NCBI GenBank assembly: GCA_964016885.1
Contig: OZ024741.1
Coordinates: 261,454,001 to 261,518,000 of the forward strand
Length of the DNA stretch: 64,000 nt
DNA from: Eledone cirrhosa
Lineage: Eukaryota
Reading direction: 5' to 3'
The notes below the pieces were generated by a model that ran no database searches, had not been told where the DNA came from, and was given only the letters and a program-made list of their open reading frames with translations. A program made the translations under genes and the position numbers. This document shows positions 24,261 through 38,024 of the stretch, piece after piece; positions within the stretch are counted from its first letter, which is position 1, and every line of letters starts with the position of its first letter.

Positions 24261-26162
24261 GGTGTTTTGACTTACGAGTGTTTCGATACGAGTGTTTCGA
24301 CTTACGAGTGTTCTGACTTACGAGTGTTCTGACTTACGAGCGTTCTGACTTACGAGTGTTCCGACTTACGAGTGTTTCGGCTTACGAGTGTTTCGACTTA
24401 CGAGTGTTCTGACTTACGAGTGTTTCGACTTACGAGCGTTCCGACTTACGAGTGTTTCGGCTTACGAGTGTTCCGACTTACGAGTGTTTCGACTAACGAG
24501 TGTTTCGGCTTACGAGTGTTTCGACTTACGAGTGTTCTGACTTACGAGTGTTCCGACTTACGAGCGTTCCGACTTACGAGTGTTTCGACTTACGAGTGTT
24601 AAGACTTACGGGTGTTTTGACATACGAGTGTTTCGATACGATTGTTTCGACTTACGAGTGTTACGAGTGTTCTGACTTACAAGTGTTTCGACTTAGGAGT
24701 GTTCTGACCTACGAGTGTTCTGACTTACGAGTGTTTCGACTTACGAGTGTTTTGACTTACGGGTGTTTCGACTTACGCGTGTTTCGACTTACGAGTGTTT
24801 CGAGTTACGAGTGTTTCGACTTACGAGTGTTTTGACTTACGAATGTTCTGACTTACGGGCGTTTCGGCTTACGAGTGTTTCGACTTACGAGTGACTTTAA
24901 CTTACGGGTGTTTCGACTTACACGTGTTTCGACTTGCGAGTGTTTCGACTTACGAGTGTTTCGACTACGAATATTCCGACTTACGAGTGTTTCGACTTAC
25001 GAGTGTTTCGACTTACGAGTGTTCTGACTTACGAATGTTTCGACTTATGAGTGTTTCGACTTACGTTGTTTCTGCTTACGAGTGTTTCGACTTACGAGTG
25101 TTTTGACTTACGATTGTTTGGCGTACGAGTGTTCTGACTTACGGGTGTTCTGACTTACGAGTGTTCCGACTTACGAGTGTTTCGGCTGATGAGGGTTTCG
25201 ACTTACGAGTGCTTCGGCTTACGAGTGTTTCGACTTACGAGTGTTTCGGCTTACGAGTGTTTCGACTTATGAGTGTTTCGACTTACGAGTGTTTTGACTT
25301 ACGGTGTTTCGGCTTACGAGTGTTTCGACATACGAGTGTTTTGACGTACGGGTGTTTCGACTTACGGGTCTTTCGACTTAAGAGTGTTTCGACTTACGAG
25401 CGCTTCGACTTACGAGTGTTTCGACTTACGAGTGTTTCGGCGTAAGAGTGTTTCGACTTACGAGTGTTTCGACTTACGAGTGTTTCGACTTACGAGTGTT
25501 TCGACTTACGAGTGTTTTGACTTACGAGTGTTTTGACTTACGAGTGTTTTGACTTACGGTGTTTCTGATTACGAGTGTTTCGACTTACGAGTGTTATGAC
25601 TTACGGGTGTTTTGACATACGAGTGTTTCGATACGAGTGTTTCGACTTACGAGTGTTTTGACTTACGGGTGTTTTGACATACGAGTGTTTCGATACGAGT
25701 GTTCTGACTTACGAGTGTTCTGACTTACGAGTGTTCTGACTTACGAGTGTTCTGACTTACGAGTGTTCTGACTTACGAGTGTTCCGACTTACGAGTGATC
25801 TGACTTACGAGTGTTCCTACTTACGAGTGTTTCGACTTGCGAGTGTTTCGACTTACGAGTGTTTCGACTTACGAGCGTTCTGACTTACGAGTGTTCTGAC
25901 TTACGAGTGTTCTGACTTACGAGTGTTCCGACTTACGAGTGTTTCGACTTATGAGTGTTTTGACTTACGAATGTTCTGACTTATGGGTGTTTCGCCTTAC
26001 GAGTGTTTCGACTTACGAGTGTTTTAACTTACGGGTGTTTCGACTTACGCGTGTTTCGACTTACGAGTGTTTCGACTTACGAGTGTTTCGACTTACGAAT
26101 GTTCCGACTTACGAGTGTTTCTACTTACGAGTGTTTCGGCTTACGAGTGTTTCGACTTACGA

Positions 26163-26239
26163 AAATAACAAATAGACGCGGTTTCAAATATCTATGCTTT
26201 TCAAATTCATTACATTAATCTTTATTTATACGTTTCGCT
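26163..26239. repeat. Insert A copy 11
   Basis: Near-identical to 918-994. Confidence 0.95.
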
Positions 26240-26626
26240 TTACGAGTGTTTCGGCGTACGAGTGTTTCGACTTACGAGTGTTTAGGCTTACGAGTGTTTC
26301 GGTGTTTCGGCTTACGTGTGTTTTGACTTACGAGTGTTTCGACTTACGAGTGTTTCGGCTTATGAGTGTTTCGACTTACGAGTGCTTCGGCTTACGAGTG
26401 TTTCGACTTACGAGTGTTTCGGCTTACGAGTGTTTCGACGTACGAATGTTTTGGCTTACGAGTGTTTCGGCTTATGAGTGTTTCGACTTACGAGTGTTTC
26501 GACTTACGAGTGTTTCGGCTTACGAGTGTTTCAGTGTTTCGGCTTACGTGTGTTTCGACTTACGAGTGTTTCGACTTACGAGTGTTTCGGCTTACGAGTG
26601 TTTCGGCTTACGAGTGTTTCGGCTTA

Positions 26627-27437
26627 TATATAAACGTTTCTATTTCCATCGTTTTATCGTAAACGTTTATATATTTCCATCGTTATATCATAACGTTTAT
26701 ATTTCCGTCACTAATCTCTTTTTCTCCTTTTCCGTTTTAACATATATTTATTTCAAAGATTTCACCGTATAGATAACATATATATTTATACATGCATAAA
26801 AGACACACCGAGAGACGGTGAAAATGTGGTGCCAAAAACATTTCTCATCCAAATCTCAACAATATCCGTATATACACTAGATTTGCTAGCAGAAAACCGC
26901 CCACCGGGTGGTTTTCTGCTATTCTATATATATAAAACTGAGGATGTCTGTCTGTGTGTGAGTTTGAATCCCTAAAACTCGAGAACCACCCAACCGACTG
27001 TTTTCAAACTTTACACATGTAATAATTATGTTTCAGGGAGTGTTCTGAGCAAAGAATATTTCAAATTTTCAATGCCGTAGGGACCACATTAGGCGATTTA
27101 GCGATCTCTCTCTATAATTCTTAGTCTTTCTCTTTTTAGATAGAATTTTCAATGTCGTAGGGACCACATTAGGCGATTTAGCGATCTCTCTCTATAATTC
27201 TTAGTCTTTCTCTTTTTAGATAGATACATACATATAACGTCGTGGCCTTATAATATCTGTCTGTATGTCTGGCTGTCTGCATTACGTCACTTCCCTGAGG
27301 ATGTCTGTGTGTGAGTGTCTGTGAGTTTGAATCCCTAAAATGCGAGAAGTACCCAACCGATTTTTTTCAAACTTTACATGTATTACTTATGTTTCAGGGA
27401 GTGTTTGTTATGCACATAAAATTCAACCTTTTGATCT
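26627..27437. repeat. Island B copy 8 (811 bp, long form)
   Basis: 80-bp duplication within 27065-27224. Confidence 0.95.
26877..27224 (-). mobile_element. Helitron-like element, 348-bp form, CTAG intact
   Basis: Homologous to 1880-2147. Confidence 0.72.
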
Positions 27438-28905
27438 GATGTTTTGACTTACGAGTGTTTCGATACGAGTGTTTCGACTTACGAGTGTTCTGACTTACGA
27501 GTGTTCTGACTTACGAGCGTTCTGACTTACGAGTGTTCCGACTTACGAGTGTTTCGGCTTACGAGTGTTTCGACTTACGAGTGTTCTGACTTACGAGTGT
27601 TTCGACTTACGAGCGTTCCGACTTACGAGTGTTTCGGCTTACGAGTGTTCCGACTTACGAGTGTTTCGACTAACGAGTGTTTCGGCTTACGAGTGTTTCG
27701 ACTTACGAGTGTTCTGACTTACGAGTGTTCCGACTTACGAGCGTTCCGACTTACGAGTGTTTCGACTTACGAGTGTTAAGACTTACGGGTGTTTTGACAT
27801 ACGAGTGTTTCGATACGATTGTTTCGACTTACGAGTGTTACGAGTGTTCTGACTTACGAGTGTTTCGACTTACGAGTGTTCTGACCTACAAGTGTTCTGA
27901 CTTACGAGTGTTTCGACGTACGATTGTTTTTTTCACTTACGGGTGTTTCGACTTACGCGTGTTTCGATTTACGAGTGTTTAGACTTACGAGTGTTTCGAC
28001 TACGAATGTTCCGACTTACGAGTGTTTCGACTTACGAGTGTTTCGACTTACGGGTGTTCCGACTTACGAGTGTTTCGGCTTACGATTGTTTCGACTTACG
28101 AGTGTTTCGGTTTACGAGTGTTTCGACTTACGGGTGTTTTGACTTACGATTGTTTGGGCTTACGAATGTTTCGACTTACGAGTGTTTCGACTTACGAGTG
28201 TTTTGACTTACGGTGTTTCGGCTTACGAGTGTTTTGACTTACGAGTGTTTTGACTTACGGGTGTTTTGACATACGAGTGTTTCGATACGAGTGTTCTGAC
28301 TTACGAGTGTTCTGACTTACGAGTGTTCTGACTTACGAGTGGTCTGACTTACGGGTGTTCTGACTTACGAGTGTTCCGACTTACGAGTGTTTCAGCTTAT
28401 GAGTGTTTCGACTTACGAGTGCTTCGGTTTACGAGTGTTTCGACTACGAGTGTTTCGGCTTACGAGTGTTTCGACTTACGAATGTTTTGGCTTACGAGTG
28501 TTTCGGCTTACGAGTGTTTCGGCTTATGAGTGTTTCGACTTACGAGTGTTTTGACTTATGGTGTTTCGGCTTACGAGTGTTTCGACATACGAGTGTTTTG
28601 ACTTACGGGGGTTTCGACTTACGGGTGTTTCGACGTAAGAGTGTTTCGACTTACGAGCGCTTCGACTTACGAGTGTTTCGACTTACGAGTGTTTCGGCGT
28701 ACGAGTGTTTTGACTTACGAGTGTTTCGACTTACGAGTGCTTTGACTTACGAATGTTTTGAATTACTTCGACTTACGAGTGTTTCGACTTACGCGTGTTT
28801 CGACTTACGAGTGTTTCGACTACGAATGTTTCGACTTACGAATGTTCCGACTTACGAGTGTTTCTACTTACGAGTGTTTCGGCTTACGAGTGTTTCGACT
28901 TACGA

Positions 28906-28982
28906 AAAGAACAAATAGACGCGGTTTCAAATATCTATGCTTTTCAAATTCATTACATTAATCTTTATTTATAAGTTTAGCT
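28906..28982. repeat. Insert A copy 12
   Basis: AAAGAAC allele. Confidence 0.95.
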
Positions 28983-29522
28983 TTACGAGTGTTTCGGCGT
29001 ACGAGTGTTTCGACTTACGAGTGTTTTAACTTACGGTTGTTTCGACTTACGCGTTTTTCGACTACGAATGTTCCGACTTACGAGTGTTTCGACTTACGAG
29101 TGTTTCGACTTACGAGTGCTTTGACTTACGAATGTTTTGACTTACTTCGACTTACGAGTGATCTGACTTACGAGTGTTCCTACTTACGAGTGTTTCGACT
29201 TACGAGTGTTTCGGCTTACGAGTGTTTCGGTGTTTCGGCTTACGTGTGTTTCGACTTACGAGTGTTTCGACTTACGAGTGTTTCGGCTTATGAGTGTTTC
29301 GACTTACGAGTGCTTCGGCTTACGAGTGTTTCGACGTACGAATGTTTTGGCTTACGAGTGTTTCGGCTTATGAGTGTTTCGACTTACGAGTGTTTCGACT
29401 TACGAGTGTTTCGGCTTACGAGTGTTTCAGTGTTTCGGCTTACGTGTGTTTCGACTTACGAGTGTTTCGACTTACGAGTGTTTCGGCTTACGAGTGTTTC
29501 GGCTTACGAGTGTTTCGGCTTA

Positions 29523-30253
29523 TATATAAACGTTTCTATTTCCATCGTTTTATCGTAAACGTTTATATATTTCCATCGTTATATCATAACGTTTATATTT
29601 CCGTCACTAATCTCTTTTTCTCCTTTTCCGTTTTAACATATGTTTATTTCAAAGATTTCACCGTATAGATAACATATATATTTATACATGCATAAAAGAC
29701 ACACGGAGAGACGGTGAAAATGTGGTGCCAAAAACATTTCTCATCCAAATCTCAACAATATCCGTATATACACTATATTTGCTAGCAGAAAACCGCCCAC
29801 CGGGTGGTTTTCTGCTAATCTATATATATAAAACTGAGGATGTCTGTCTGTGTGTGAGTTTGAATCCCTAAAACTCGAGAACCACCCAACCGACTGTTTT
29901 CAAACTTTACACATGTAATACGTATGTTTCAGGGAGTGTTCCGAGCAAAAAATATTTCAAATTTTCAATGGCGTAGGGACCACATTAGGCGATTTAGCGA
30001 TCTCTCTCTATAATTCATAGTCTTTCTCTATTTAGATAGATACATACATATAACGTCGTGCCCTTATAATATCTGTCTGTATGTCTGGCTGTCTGCATTA
30101 CGTCACTTCCCTGAGGATGTCTGTGTGTGTGTGTCTGTGAGTTTGAATCCCTAAAATGCGAGAAGTACCCAACCGATTTTTTTCAAACTTTACATGTATT
30201 ACTTATGTTTCAGGGAGTGTTTGTTATGCACATAAAATTCAACCTTTTGATCT
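29523..30253. repeat. Island B copy 9 (731 bp)
   Basis: Same junctions as copy 1. Confidence 0.95.
29773..30040 (-). mobile_element. Helitron-like element, 268 bp; 3' CTAG mutated
   Basis: Homologous to 1880-2147. Confidence 0.7.
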
Positions 30254-32155
30254 GGTGTTTTGACTTAAGAGTGTTTCGATACGAGTGTTTCGACTTACGA
30301 GTGTTCTGACTTACGAGTGTTCTGACTTACGAGCGTTCTGACTTACGAGTGTTCCGACTTACGAGTGTTTCGGCTTACGAGTGTTTCGACTTACGAGTGT
30401 TCTGACTTACGAGTGTTTCGACTTACGAGCGTTCCGACTTACGAGTGTTTCGGCTTACGAGTGTTCCGACTTACGAGTGTTTCGACTAACGAGTGTTTCG
30501 GCTTACGAGTGTTTCGACTTACGAGTGTTCTGACTTACGAGTGTTCCGACTTACGAGCGTTCCGACTTACGAGTGTTTCGACTTACGAGTGTTAAGACTT
30601 ACGGGTGTTTTGACATACGAGTGTTTCGATACGATTGTTTCGACTTACGAGTGTTACGAGTGTTCTGACTTACGAGTGTTTCGACTTACGTGTGTTCTGA
30701 CCTACGAGTGTTCTGACTTACGAGTGTTTCGACTTACGAGTGTTTTGACTTACGGGTGTTTCGACTTACGCGTGTTTCGACTTACGAGTGTTTCGAGTTA
30801 CGAGTGTTTCGACTTACGAGTGTTTTGACTTACGAATGTTCTGACTTACGGGCGTTTCGGCTTACGAGTGTTTCGACTTACGAGTGACTTTAACTTACGG
30901 GTGTTTCGACTTACACGTGTTTCGACTTGCGAGTGTTTCGACTTACGAGTGTTTCGACTACGAATATTCCGACTTACGAGTGTTTCGACTTACGAGTGTT
31001 TCGACTTACGAGTGTTCTGACTTACGAATGTTTCGACTTATGAGTGTTTCGACTTACGTTGTTTCGGCTTACGAGTGTTTCGACTTACGAGTGTTTTGAC
31101 TTACGATTGTTTGGCGTACGAGTGTTCTGACTTACGGGTGTTCTGACTTACGAGTGTTCCGACTTACGAGTGTTTCGGCTGATGAGGGTTTCGACTTACG
31201 AGTGCTTCGGCTTACGAGTGTTTCGACTTACGAGTGTTTCGGCTTACGAGTGTTTCGACTTACGAGTGTTTCGACTTACGAGTGTTTTGACTTACGGTGT
31301 TTCGGCTTACGAGTGTTTCGACATACGAGTGTTTTGACGTACGGGTGTTTCGACTTACGGGTCTTTCGACTTAAGAGTGTTTCGACTTACGAGCGCTTCG
31401 ACTTACGAGTGTTTCGACTTACGAGTGTTTCGGCGTAAGAGTGTTTCGACTTACGAGTGTTTCGACTTACGAGTGTTTCGACTTACGAGTGTTTCGACTT
31501 ACGAGTGTTTTGACTTACGAGTGTTTTGACTTACGAGTGTTTTGACTTACGGTGTTTCTGATTACGAGTGTTTCGACTTACGAGTGTTATGACTTACGGG
31601 TGTTTTGACATACGAGTGTTTCGATACGAGTGTTTCGACTTACGAGTGTTTTGACTTACGGGTGTTTTGACATACGAGTGTTTCGATACGAGTGTTCTGA
31701 CTTACGAGTGTTCTGACTTACGAGTGTTCTGACTTACGAGTGTTCTGACTTACGAGTGTTCTGACTTACGAGTGTTCCGACTTACGAGTGATCTGACTTA
31801 CGAGTGTTCCTACTTACGAGTGTTTCGACTTGCGAGTGTTTCGACTTACGAGTGTTTCGACTTACGAGCGTTCTGACTTACGAGTGTTCTGACTTACGAG
31901 TGTTCTGACTTACGAGTGTTCCGACTTACGAGTGTTTCGACTTACGAGTGTTTTGACTTACGAATGTTCTGATTTATGGGTGTTTCGCCTTACGAGTGTT
32001 TCGACTTACGAGTGTTTTAACTTACGGGTGTTTCGACTTACGCGTGTTTCGACTTACGAGTGTTTCGACTTACGAGTGTTTCGACTTACGAATGTTCCGA
32101 CTTACGAGTGTTTCTACTTACGAGTGTTTCGGCTTACGAGTGTTTCGACTTACGA

Positions 32156-32232
32156 AAATAACAAATAGACGCGGTTTCAAATATCTATGCTTTTCAAATT
32201 CATTACATTAATCTTTATTTATACGTTTCGCT
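32156..32232. repeat. Insert A copy 13
   Basis: Near-identical to 918-994. Confidence 0.95.
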
Positions 32233-32355
32233 TTACGAGTGTTTCGGCTTACGAGTGTTTCAGTGTTTCGGCTTACGTGTGTTTCGACTTACGAGTGTTT
32301 CGACTTACGAGTGTTTCGGCTTACGAGTGTTTCGGCTTACGAGTGTTTCGGCTTA

Positions 32356-33166
32356 TATATAAACGTTTCTATTTCCATCGTTTTATCGTAAACGTTTATA
32401 TATTTCCATCGTTATATCATAACGTTTATATTTCCGTCACTAATCTCTTTTTCTCCTTTTCCGTTTTAACATATATTTATTTCAAAGATTTCACCGTATA
32501 GATAACATATATATTTATACATGCATAAAAGACACACCGAGAGACGGTGAAAATGTGGTGCCAAAAACATTTCTCATCCAAATCTCAACAATATCCGTAT
32601 ATACACTAGATTTGCTAGCAGAAAACCGCCCACCGGGTGGTTTTCTGCTATTCTATATATATAAAACTGAGGATGTCTGTCTGTGTGTGAGTTTGAATCC
32701 CTAAAACTCGAGAACCACCCAACCGACTGTTTTCAAACTTTACACATGTAATAATTATGTTTCAGGGAGTGTTCTGAGCAAAGAATATTTCAATTTTTCA
32801 ATGCCGTAGGGACCACATTAGGCGATTTAGCGATCTCTCTCTATAATACTTAGTCTTTCTCTTTTTAGATAGAATTTTCAATGTCGTAGGGACCACATTA
32901 GGCGATTTAGCGATCTCTCTCTATAATTCATAGTCTTTCTCTTTTTAGATAGATACATACATATAACGTCGTGCCCTTATAATATCTGTCTGTATGTCTG
33001 ACTGTCTGCATTACGTCACTTCCCTGAGGATGTCTGTGTGTGAGTGTCTGTGAGTTTGAATCCCTAAAATGCGAGAAGTACCCAACCGATTTTTTTCAAA
33101 CTTTACATGTATTACTTATGTTTCAGGGAGTGTTTGTTATGCACATAAAATTCAACCTTTTGATCT
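32356..33166. repeat. Island B copy 10 (811 bp, long form)
   Basis: 80-bp duplication within 32794-32953. Confidence 0.95.
32606..32953 (-). mobile_element. Helitron-like element, 348-bp form, CTAG intact
   Basis: Homologous to 1880-2147. Confidence 0.72.
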
Positions 33167-36100
33167 GGTGTTTTGACTTACGAGTGTTTCGATACGAGTG
33201 TTTCGACTTACGAGTGTTCTGACTTACGAGTGTTTCGACTTACGAGAGTTCCGACTTACGAGTGTTTCGGCTTACGAGTGTTCCGACTTACGAGTGTTTC
33301 GACTTACGAGTGTTTCGGCTTACGAGTGTTTCGACTTACGAGTGTTCTGACTTACGAGTGTTCCGACTTACGAGTGTTTCGACTTACGAGTGTTAAGACT
33401 TACGGGTGTTTTGACATACGAGTGTTTCGATACGAGTGTTTCGACTTACGAGTGTTACGAGTGTTCTGACTTACGAGTGTTTCGACTTACGAGTGTTCTG
33501 ACCTACGAGTGTTCTGACTTACGAGGTTTCGATACGAGTGTTTTGACTTACGGGTGTTTCGACTTACGAGTGTTTCGACTTACGAGTGTTTCGAGTTACG
33601 AGTGTTTCGACTTACGAGTGTTTTGACTTACGAATGTTCTGACTTACGGATGTTTCGGCTTACGAGTGTTTCGACTTACGAGTGTTTTAACTTACGGGTG
33701 TTTCGACTTACACGTGTTTCGACTTGCGAGTGTTTCGACTTACGAGTATTTCGACTTACGAGTGTTTCGACTTACGAGTGTTCTGACTTACGGGTGTTCC
33801 GATTTACGAGTGTTTCGGCTTACGATTATTTTGACTTACGATTGTTTGGCTTACGAATGTTTCGACTTACGAGTGTTTCGACTTACGAGTGTTTTGACTT
33901 ACGGTGTTTTGACTTACGGGTGTTTCGGCTTACGAGTGTTTCGACTTACCAGTCTTTCGGCTTACGAGTGTTTCGACTTACTAATGTTTTTACTTACGAG
34001 TGTTTCGGCGTACGAGTGTTTCGACTTACGAGTGTTTCGACTAACGGGTGTTTTGACTTACGGGTGTTTCGGCTTACGAGTGTTTTGACTTACGAGTATT
34101 TTAACTTAAGGGTGTTTCGACTTACGAGTATTTTTGGCTTATGAGTGTTTCGACTTACGAGTGTTCCGACTTACGAGTGTTCCGACCTACGAGTGTTTCG
34201 ACTTACGAGTGTTTTGGCTTACGAGTGTTTTGACTTAAGGGTGTTTCGACTTACGAGTGTTTCGATACGAGTGTTTCGACTTACGAGTGTTTCGGCTTAC
34301 GAGTGTTTCGACTTACGAGTGTTTCGACTTACGAGTGTTCTGATTTACGGATGTTTCGACATACGAGCGTTTCGACTTACGAGTGTTTCGACTTACGAGT
34401 GTTTTGACATACGGGTGTTTTGACATACGAATGTTTCGATACGAGTGTTTCGACTTACGAGTGTTCTGACTTACGAGTGTTCTGACTTACGAGTGTTTCG
34501 GCTTACGATTGTTTCGGCTTACGAGTGTTTCGACTTACGAGTGTTTCGACTTACGAGTGTTCCGACTTACGGGTGTTTCGACTTACGAGTGTTTTGGCTT
34601 ACGGTGTTTCGGCTTACAATTGTTTTGACTTACGGGTGTTTTGACATACGAGTGTTTCGATACGAGTGCTCTGACTTACGAGTGTTCTGACTTACGAGTG
34701 TTCTGATTTACGAGTGTTCTGACTTACGGGTGTTCTGACTTACGAGTGTACCGACTTACGAGTGTTTCGGCTAATGAGTGTTTCGACTTACGGGCGTTTC
34801 GACTTACGGGTGTTTCGACTTACGAGTGTTTTGACTTACGAGTGTTCTGACTTACGAGTGTTCTGACTTACGAGTGTTCCGACTTACGACTGTTTCGACT
34901 TACGAGTGTTTTGACTTACGAGTGTTCCGACTTACGAGTGTTTCGGCTTACGGGTGTTTCGACGTACGAGTATTTTTGGCTTACGAGTGTTTCGACTTAC
35001 GAGTGTTTTGAATTACGATTGTTTCGGCTTACGAGTGTTTCGACTTACGAGTATTTCGACTTACGAGTGTTTTGACTTACGGGTGTTTTGACATACGAGT
35101 GTTTCGATACGAGTGCTCTGACTTACGAGTGTTCTGACTTACGAGTGTTCTCACTTACGAGTGTTCTGACTTACGGGTGTTCTGACTTACGTGTATTCCG
35201 ACTTACGAGTGTTTCGGCTATGGGTGTTTCGACTTACGAGTGTTTCGACTTACGAATGTTTTGGCTTACGAGTGTTTCGGCTTACGAGTGTTTCGACTTA
35301 CGAAAGTTTTGGCTTACGAGTGTTTCGACTTATTGGTGTTTCGACTTACGAGTGTTTCGACTTACGAGTGTTTTGACTTACGGTGTTTCGGCTTATAAGT
35401 TATTCGACATACGAGTGTTTCGACTTACGGGTGTTTCGACTTACGAGTGTTTCGAGTTATGAGTGTTTCGACTTACGAGTGTTCTGACTTACGAGTGTTC
35501 TGACTTGCGAGTGTTCCGACTTACGAGTGTTTCGGCTTACGAGTGTTTCGACATACGAGTGTTTTGACTTACGGATGTTTCGACTTACGGGTGTTTCGAC
35601 TTACGAGTGTTTCGACATACGAGTGTTCTGACTACGAGTGTTCTGACTTACGGGTGCTCTGACTTACGAGTGTTTCGACTTACGAGTGTTTCGACTTACG
35701 AGTGTTTCGACTTACGAGTGTTTCGGCTTACGAGTGTTTCGACTTACTAATGTTTTTACTTACGAGTGTTTCGGTGTACGAGTGTTTCGACTTAAGGATG
35801 TTTCGACTTACGAGTGTTTCGACTTACGAGTGTTTCGGCTTACGTGAGTTTCGACTTAAGAGTGTTCTGATTTACGAGTGTTCTGACTTGCGGGTGTTCT
35901 GATTTACGAGTGTTCCGACTTAAGAGTGTTTCGGCTTATGAGTGTTTCGACTTACGAGTGTTTCGGCTTACGAGTGTTTCGACTTATGGGCGTTTCGACT
36001 TACGAGTGTTTTTACTTACGGTGTTTCGGCTTACGAGTGCTTCGACATACGAGTGTTTTGACTTACGTGTGTTTCGACTTACGAGTGTTTCGAGTTACGA

Positions 36101-36259
36101 GTGTTTTGACTTACGCGTGTTTTGACATACGAGTGTTTCGATACGAGTGTTCTGACTTACGAGTGTTCTGACTTACGAGTGTTCTGACTTACGAGTGTTC
36201 CGACTTTACGAGTGTTTCGGCTCACGAGTGTTTCGGCTTACGAGTGTTTCGACTTACGA

Positions 36260-36336
36260 AAATAACAAATAGACGCGGTTTCAAATCTCTATGATTTTCA
36301 AATTCATTACATTAATCTTTATTTATACGTTTCGCT
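36260..36336. repeat. Insert A copy 14 (orphan)
   Basis: AAATCTCTATGATTTT allele. Confidence 0.95.
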
Positions 36337-37947
36337 TTACGAGTGTTTCGACTTACGAGTGTTTCGACATACGAGTGTTTCGACTTCCGAATGTTTTTGC
36401 TTACGGGTGTTTCGACTTACGAATGTTTCGGCTTACGAGTGTTTCGGCTTACGAGTGTTCCGACTTAGGAGTGTTTCGGCTTACGAGTGTTTCAGGCTTA
36501 CGAGTGTTTCGATTTACGAGTGTTTCGACTTTCGAGTGTTTTGACTTACGGTGTTTCGGCTTACGAGTGATTCGACTTACGAGTGTTTTGACTTACGGGT
36601 GTTTTGACTTACGGGTGTTGTGAATTACCAGTGTTCCGATTTACGAGTATTTTGACTTACGGTGTTTCGGCTTGCGAGTGTTTCGACTTACGAGTGTTTC
36701 GGCTTATGAGTGTTTCGACTTACTAATGTTTTTACTTACGAGTGTTTCGGCGTTCGAGTGTTTTGACTTACGAGTGTTTCGACTTACGAGTGTTTTGACT
36801 TACGAATGTTTTAACTTACGGGTGTTTCGGCTTACGAGTGTTTCGACTTACGAGTCTTTCGGCTTACGAGTGTTTCGACTTACTAATGTTTTTACTTACG
36901 AGTGTTTCGGCGTACGAGTGTTTCGACTTACGAGTGTTTCGGTTTACGAGTGTTTCGACTTATGGGTGTTTTGACTTACGATTGTTTGGGCTTACGAATG
37001 TTTCGATTTACGAGTGTTTCGACTTAAGAGTGTTTTGACTTATGGTGTTTCGGCTTACGAGTGTTTTGACTTACGAGTGTTTTGACTTACGGGTGTTTTG
37101 ACATACGAGTGTTTCGATACGAGTGTTCTGACTTACGAGTGGTCTAACTTACGGGTGTTCTGACTTACGAGTGTTCCGACTTACGAGTGTTTCAGCTTAT
37201 GAGTGTTTCGACTTACGAGTGCTTCGGTTTACGAGTGTTTCGACTTACGAGTGTTTCGGCTTACGAGTGTTTCGACTTACGAATGTTTTGGCTTACGAAT
37301 GTTTCGGCTTACGAGTGTTTCGGCTTATGAGTGTTTCGACTTACGAGTGTTTTGACTTATGGTGTTTCGGCTTACGAGTGTTTCGACATACGAGTGTTTT
37401 GACTTACGGGTGTTTCGACTTACGGGTGTTTCGACGTAAGAGTGTTTCGACTTACGAGCGCTTCGACTTACGAGTGTTTCGACTTACGAGTGTTTCGGCG
37501 TACGAGTGTTTTGACTTACGAGTGTTTCGACTTACGAGTGCTTTGACTTACGAATGTTTTGAATTACTTCGACTTACGAGTGATCTGACTTACGAGTGTT
37601 CCTACTTACGAGTGTTTCGACTTACGAGTGTTTCGACTTGCGAGTTTTTCGACTTACGAGTGTTTCGACTTACGAGTGTTCTGACTTACGAGTGTTCTGG
37701 CTTACGAGTGTTCTGACTTACGAGTGTTCCGACTTACGAGTGTTTCGACTTACGAGTGTTTTGACTTACGAATGTTCTGACTTACGGGTGTTTCGCCTTA
37801 CGAGTGTTTAGACTTACGAGTGTTTTAACTTACGGGTGTTTCGACTTACGCGTGTTTCGACTTACGAGTGTTTCGACTTACGAATGTTCCGACTTACGAG
37901 TGTTTCTACTTACGAGTGTTTCGGCTTACGAGTGTTTCGACTTACGA

Positions 37948-38024
37948 AAATAACAAATAGACGCGGTTTCAAATATCTATGCTTTTCAAATTCATTACAT
38001 TAATCTTTATTTATACGTTTCGCT
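37948..38024. repeat. Insert A copy 15
   Basis: Near-identical to 918-994. Confidence 0.95.
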
